The notes beneath the pieces are model-generated. The model did not search any database. It was not told where the DNA came from and was given only the letters and a program-made list of their open reading frames with translations. Position numbers and translations under genes: made by a program. A stretch of DNA of 64,000 nt from Lepidodermella squamata (lineage: Eukaryota > Animalia > Gastrotricha), in NCBI GenBank assembly GCA_047495785.1, contig JBLDXI010000007.1:4030001-4094000 (forward strand), read 5' to 3'. Shown here piece after piece: positions 59,792 through 64,000 of this stretch. The first letter of the stretch is position 1; the number at the start of each line of letters is the position of its first letter.

Positions 59792-60763
59792 ATGACTAAA
59801 AAATCGTCAATTTTTCTAGTTATTCTCAGCGCTCATTTTGCAAATTTGAAAGCTTTTAGAGATAATAATGCAATCAAACATGCATGTAAGTACCGTAGAT
59901 CTGATGGAATTGCTGATTGGACCCGGCAAACATTTGTCAGCGATCAATTGAGGCTAATGTATTGCCAGTAAGTTAAGTTAGAACCCCAAAAATGGCTTAA
60001 TTCTCGCCAGCATTCCAAAAGTTGCTTCAAAGTCTATGATTCGGTATTTGGTCAAGCTGGGCAGCAAATCATCGTCAAGAGTTGAAAGTCTTCCGGTTCA
60101 CGACATGAACTTCTCATCGCCTTTCATTCACCACTTCGACCCTGGAAAGGATTTTCCGAAAATCCACCGTTACTCGAAAATCACCGTTGTTCGAAATCCT
60201 TTGGATCGACTGATTTCCGCCTGGCGGAACAAACTCACAGCTTTCAACCCAGTCTTCAATAAAGCTTACGGCTCATTCATCATCAGGCGCTTCAGGCCAA
60301 ATGCGAAGAGGCGGATGATCTTAAGAGGATACCCTGTATCTTTGGAGGAATTTTTCCGATATTTGGCTGAGACTTCACCATACAGCTACAACCCTCATTG
60401 GTTTGAAATTATATTATTAATCATTTTTTAATATTATTTTTATATTGCAGGCGGCCAATGATTGATTTGTGCTCATTTTGCTTGTTAAAATACGATTTCA
60501 TTGGGCGTCTCGAGAACGGCGGTTCAGAGATGCGAAGCTACTTCAAGGCCAAACTGCGGCTAAAATGGGTGCCCGATATGGTCACTGCCCCAGTTCGCAG
60601 CTCAAAAAGATTTAGCAGAGCCTTATCGTCTGATAAGGAAAGCACTTCGTCCTTGTTAGCAAACGCCGTGCTAAAAATTTACCGAGCTGATTACGAAGCG
60701 TTCGGATACAATTTGACAAATGATGCGATACGAGCTACGAAATTATTATTGCTGTCAGAATAA
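59792..60763 (+). CDS. Carbohydrate sulfotransferase (CHST8-14/HNK-1-like, Sulfotransfer_2); exons ?-59967, 60011-60400, 60451-60763; start uncertain
   Basis: Spliced LMYC|HIPKVAS (5' PSB), VRNPLDRLISAW (3' PB), NPHW|RP...C..C...YDFIGRLE, IYRADYEAFGY. Confidence 0.82.
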
Positions 60764-63278
60764 AAGCGAGCTCTCAGCTAAAGATTTGTTTGTTGTTTTG
60801 CACTATGAACACGTGATCATGGGCCAAATCACAGCCGTGCAATTAGCATTTTTAGCATCTTTATCCCAGCTAATTGTCTCAGTACAAACAAGACTGAGTA
60901 GTAATCCATTGTAAGCAGCAAATGACGTCATGGGCCCATGGTCGTGCATATACAGCATAGTCAGGAAACACAGGAAACACACACAAAACGCTTTAACAGG
61001 GCACCGACTTTATACACGACAACCTTAATGCGTTATACTAACCAATGCGTAGAGATGAAGTATATGCGTTGTTGCGTTACACGCATAATTTCGCCATCAG
61101 CAATACCTTGCTAGTATAAAGACCCAGCTATTTTTTAAGCGAAAAACTGCTTATAATGCCTAGGTTTCAATGCTTGGTGAAGAGGACAATGCAATCCCAC
61201 GCTTTCGCGTTACTAATAGAAAATAGAATTGCAACATTTAATGCTTACCGGCGCTCGTTTCTACATCGTGTGGGCCGAGAGCGTGAAAAATACATGCAAC
61301 AATGGCCATTGATAACAACTCGGCGCAACATCACGCCACTTCTTTTGCGCTAGTACAGGACTCTTGGTGCTCTGACCTATATATGCCTGGTGTCTCTAGG
61401 CCTCGGCTTAACTTCCGCAACCTAAATCGCTGATCGCCACCTTATTACTAACCCTTTGTCAAACATTCTAAGAATTTTACAGAGGCAATCTATAAGATTG
61501 CTATCCTATATAGCGAATCAAATTTGAATTAATCAATGCGCACGAAAAGGCAATTTCGCAGCATTTGTGAATTTAGGATTGGCCTGTATCAAAAGTTTTA
61601 CGATTCCGTAAGATGAAATATGCCAACTCATACTGCTCTCATTGTGATATCCCGCTTTGAATAGTAAAAAAAACTCGTTGCACTAGCTTAGTTTATCTTT
61701 CGGGATCGGAAAAATTGTTGATGCGGAAATTATCACAAATCCAAATTACGTGGTTTTCTGAATGAGAGTTAACCATCATTTTGAGAACCCTCAGGGCCTG
61801 GGGAAAAATAATAAAGAAATTAGCATATTATTTATTGCCTTGAATTTCGGTTCCGTTTAAATGCAATGCCTGCATCTTTCTTTAGGCCAATAATTCGGTA
61901 AATTAAACCTGATGCTGAGATCCACACAAGTCGATATTTATACAAGTCGGGTATTTCATGGCATAAGGAGGACGCATTTAATTGGGAAAGTGTGTTTGTT
62001 TATTCAGGGGTTTGCCGTGAAGCCCAGCGTTGCGAACCGATTGGGTAGCAAATTCTCGCATGAAAAGCAGGTGAATAAACATACGCCGCGTTCACATATC
62101 CTAGTCGTGTGGATTGAGCATTGATAGGCGCGACTAGTATTTTATTTACCGCAATGTATTTTCTGAAAATTTACTGATTCTCCATCCCAAGCTTTAGAAA
62201 ATGGATATTCTGTAACAGCTTTGCTTAAATTTTAGGACTAATTGCTTCAAATTATAGAAAAAGGCACCTCAATTGCGGATCATCGCATCGATCATCGCAT
62301 CGATTGAAGTGAATTCTCATAGCTATGAGATAACTCGATTTCGAGACATTTATTCGGGAAAATAGAAGAAAATCCTGAACATTATCGTGTACTCAAATTA
62401 TATGTTCTGATAATGCTTCTAAATGAAAATGACATTCCAGATCGCGATAGGGCTTATAATGTTGCAAAAATTTGTCAGGCTCAAACTGTTTTTGAAAAAT
62501 CAGAAAATGAGATCAAAATAAAGCACCGACGATGGCACGCGTTCAGCTCACCACGAGAGCTGTCACCACCTGTCCATGGTTTGATTTTTAATAGGGCGTT
62601 CTCACTTCAAAAGTTTATTTTTGAAACTTTACAATAACAAAAACTAGTTTGCTCTAGTTATCTTCAGGACTCTTATCTAACTATGTATTTTAACCTTTTA
62701 CTGTTACAAAATTTCGATGGCTAGCTTTTCAGAGTGTTAGGGACGGTGTATCACAGGCCAAGTCAGCCGTGGCATTCTCGCGATCCCCAAATTGTATTTT
62801 TTTCATACTGCGATGTATTTAATCAATATTTCAGAAATTATGAATTGCGTAGCGTGAAATGGTTCAGGTTTGGTATCACATTGCGAACCCACAACCCCAC
62901 AACCAAAAATTAAATTGTGCCTGGCTAATGACCTAATCGACACCGTTAACTGGGCCAGGTTCATTAGCACAAGCTAGCATTTTAGCTCAATTTTGCCTCA
63001 CAAATTGGAAATAGAGCTGATTAATGTAGCACGACCTAATAAACCTTCCCCCAATACTTCCTATGACCATTAATTCCTTATTTTCTTGCATCCCATACTA
63101 AAATTTGGATTGCGCTCCAAATTAAATTTCACGGCACGAGTTGTTTGCCACTCATTCATTATTAATCAATTTTCAACAACATTTACGCTCGCCGTAAAAT
63201 ACGTGAAAAAATTACTTTTGTTGTTTACATCATTTTTTTGTTTTATTTAGATACAAGATTTTATATTCGCAACTAATT

Positions 63279-64000
63279 ATGTCAAAATCAGAGGTGAAAA
63301 CCTACGCACTCGGTGATAAGGATAACATCGATGTTAGCGAGATCATCAAACCCGACAAAACGCGAACTCGCTGGGAGTATTTCATCGAAGCGCCGCAATT
63401 TCTTCAAAACCTTCTCGTGCCACTCATGAACGACAAACGCGACATGCCTATGCTGCATCTCATGTTCAACTTGACAGCCTTCATGCTACCCTACGCCATT
63501 GCCCTCTTCGTAGCCCCGATCAACATCTACTACCACATAGCTGCGGTTATTTATGTGACTCTTAACGTTGCTGTTTTTCTGAAGCGATTCGTCCTATGGA
63601 TGCATTACAGTGCTCACAAGAAGACCTACTCAAAATCTCACCCGCTCGGCCGGTTTCTCAATCACTATTGTACCGTTTTCATGTCTCCAATCTTCGGAAT
63701 TCCGCCTGGTTGTTACCACCTTCACCATGTTGTTATGCACCATTGCGAGAACAATTTATTCCCATACGACGTCAGCAGCACGGAGCCGTACGACCGCAGC
63801 AATTTCCTCCATTTCCTACACTACTTTGTCCGCTACTGGACTGCTCTGTGGATCGAACTGCCGTACTACGCCTTCAAAAAAGGCCGCTACGCCCTCATGT
63901 CTTTCGCCGTGACGTGCGAGATCACGTACCTGAGCTCCGTCTACATGTTGTACCAAATCAATGCAACAGCAACGATTTACGTTGTCATCTTGCCATTCTT
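63279..64000 (+). CDS. Membrane fatty-acid desaturase/hydroxylase-like di-iron protein, 3' end outside window (not in ORF track)
   Basis: Open frame from ATG 63279 to the window end; TM segments; His boxes HYSAH and HHVVMHH, followed by ENN..DVSST..Y.R...HF..Y. Confidence 0.8.
   Translation, partial: MSKSEVKTYALGDKDNIDVSEIIKPDKTRTRWEYFIEAPQFLQNLLVPLMNDKRDMPMLHLMFNLTAFMLPYAIALFVAPINIYYHIAAVIYVTLNVAVFLKRFVLWMHYSAHKKTYSKSHPLGRFLNHYCTVFMSPIFGIPPGCYHLHHVVMHHCENNLFPYDVSSTEPYDRSNFLHFLHYFVRYWTALWIELPYYAFKKGRYALMSFAVTCEITYLSSVYMLYQINATATIYVVILPF

Overview
Eukaryotic (invertebrate-type metazoan) genomic DNA with GT-AG introns, many only 40-65 nt. The ORF track misses or fragments most real genes. Left part (1-25.5 kb): 3' end of a Thr/Pro-rich single-pass membrane protein; ADAM10/kuzbanian (minus, 6 exons); an intact two-ORF CR1/L2-group LINE flanked by an identical 246-bp direct repeat; a tight same-strand trio POGLUT2/3-like, PTCD1-like PPR and WIPI/Atg18; and two adenosine kinase paralogs. 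Centre (25.6-57.7 kb): a tandem segmental duplication of a unit [ADK 3' UTR - secreted Cys-rich gene - truncated ADK pseudogene], heavily invaded by MITEs (a CATAG...CTATG/8-bp-TSD family, Tc1/mariner, hAT, piggyBac-like, Mutator-like), a tRNA-derived SINE and a Penelope-like remnant with a minimal hammerhead ribozyme. The best candidate for an undescribed system is the duplicated Cys-rich gene, reconstructed by hand from splice sites. It has 23 small exons and encodes about 635 aa: a signal peptide plus 12 four-cysteine modules arranged as 4 three-module super-repeats marked by intron phase, with paralog divergence concentrated in modules 8-9. I do not recognise the domain. Right end: an orphan coiled-coil ORF, a CHST-type sulfotransferase and an intronless membrane desaturase-like gene running off the window (possible horizontal transfer). 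Exon boundaries are manual predictions; no searches were run.
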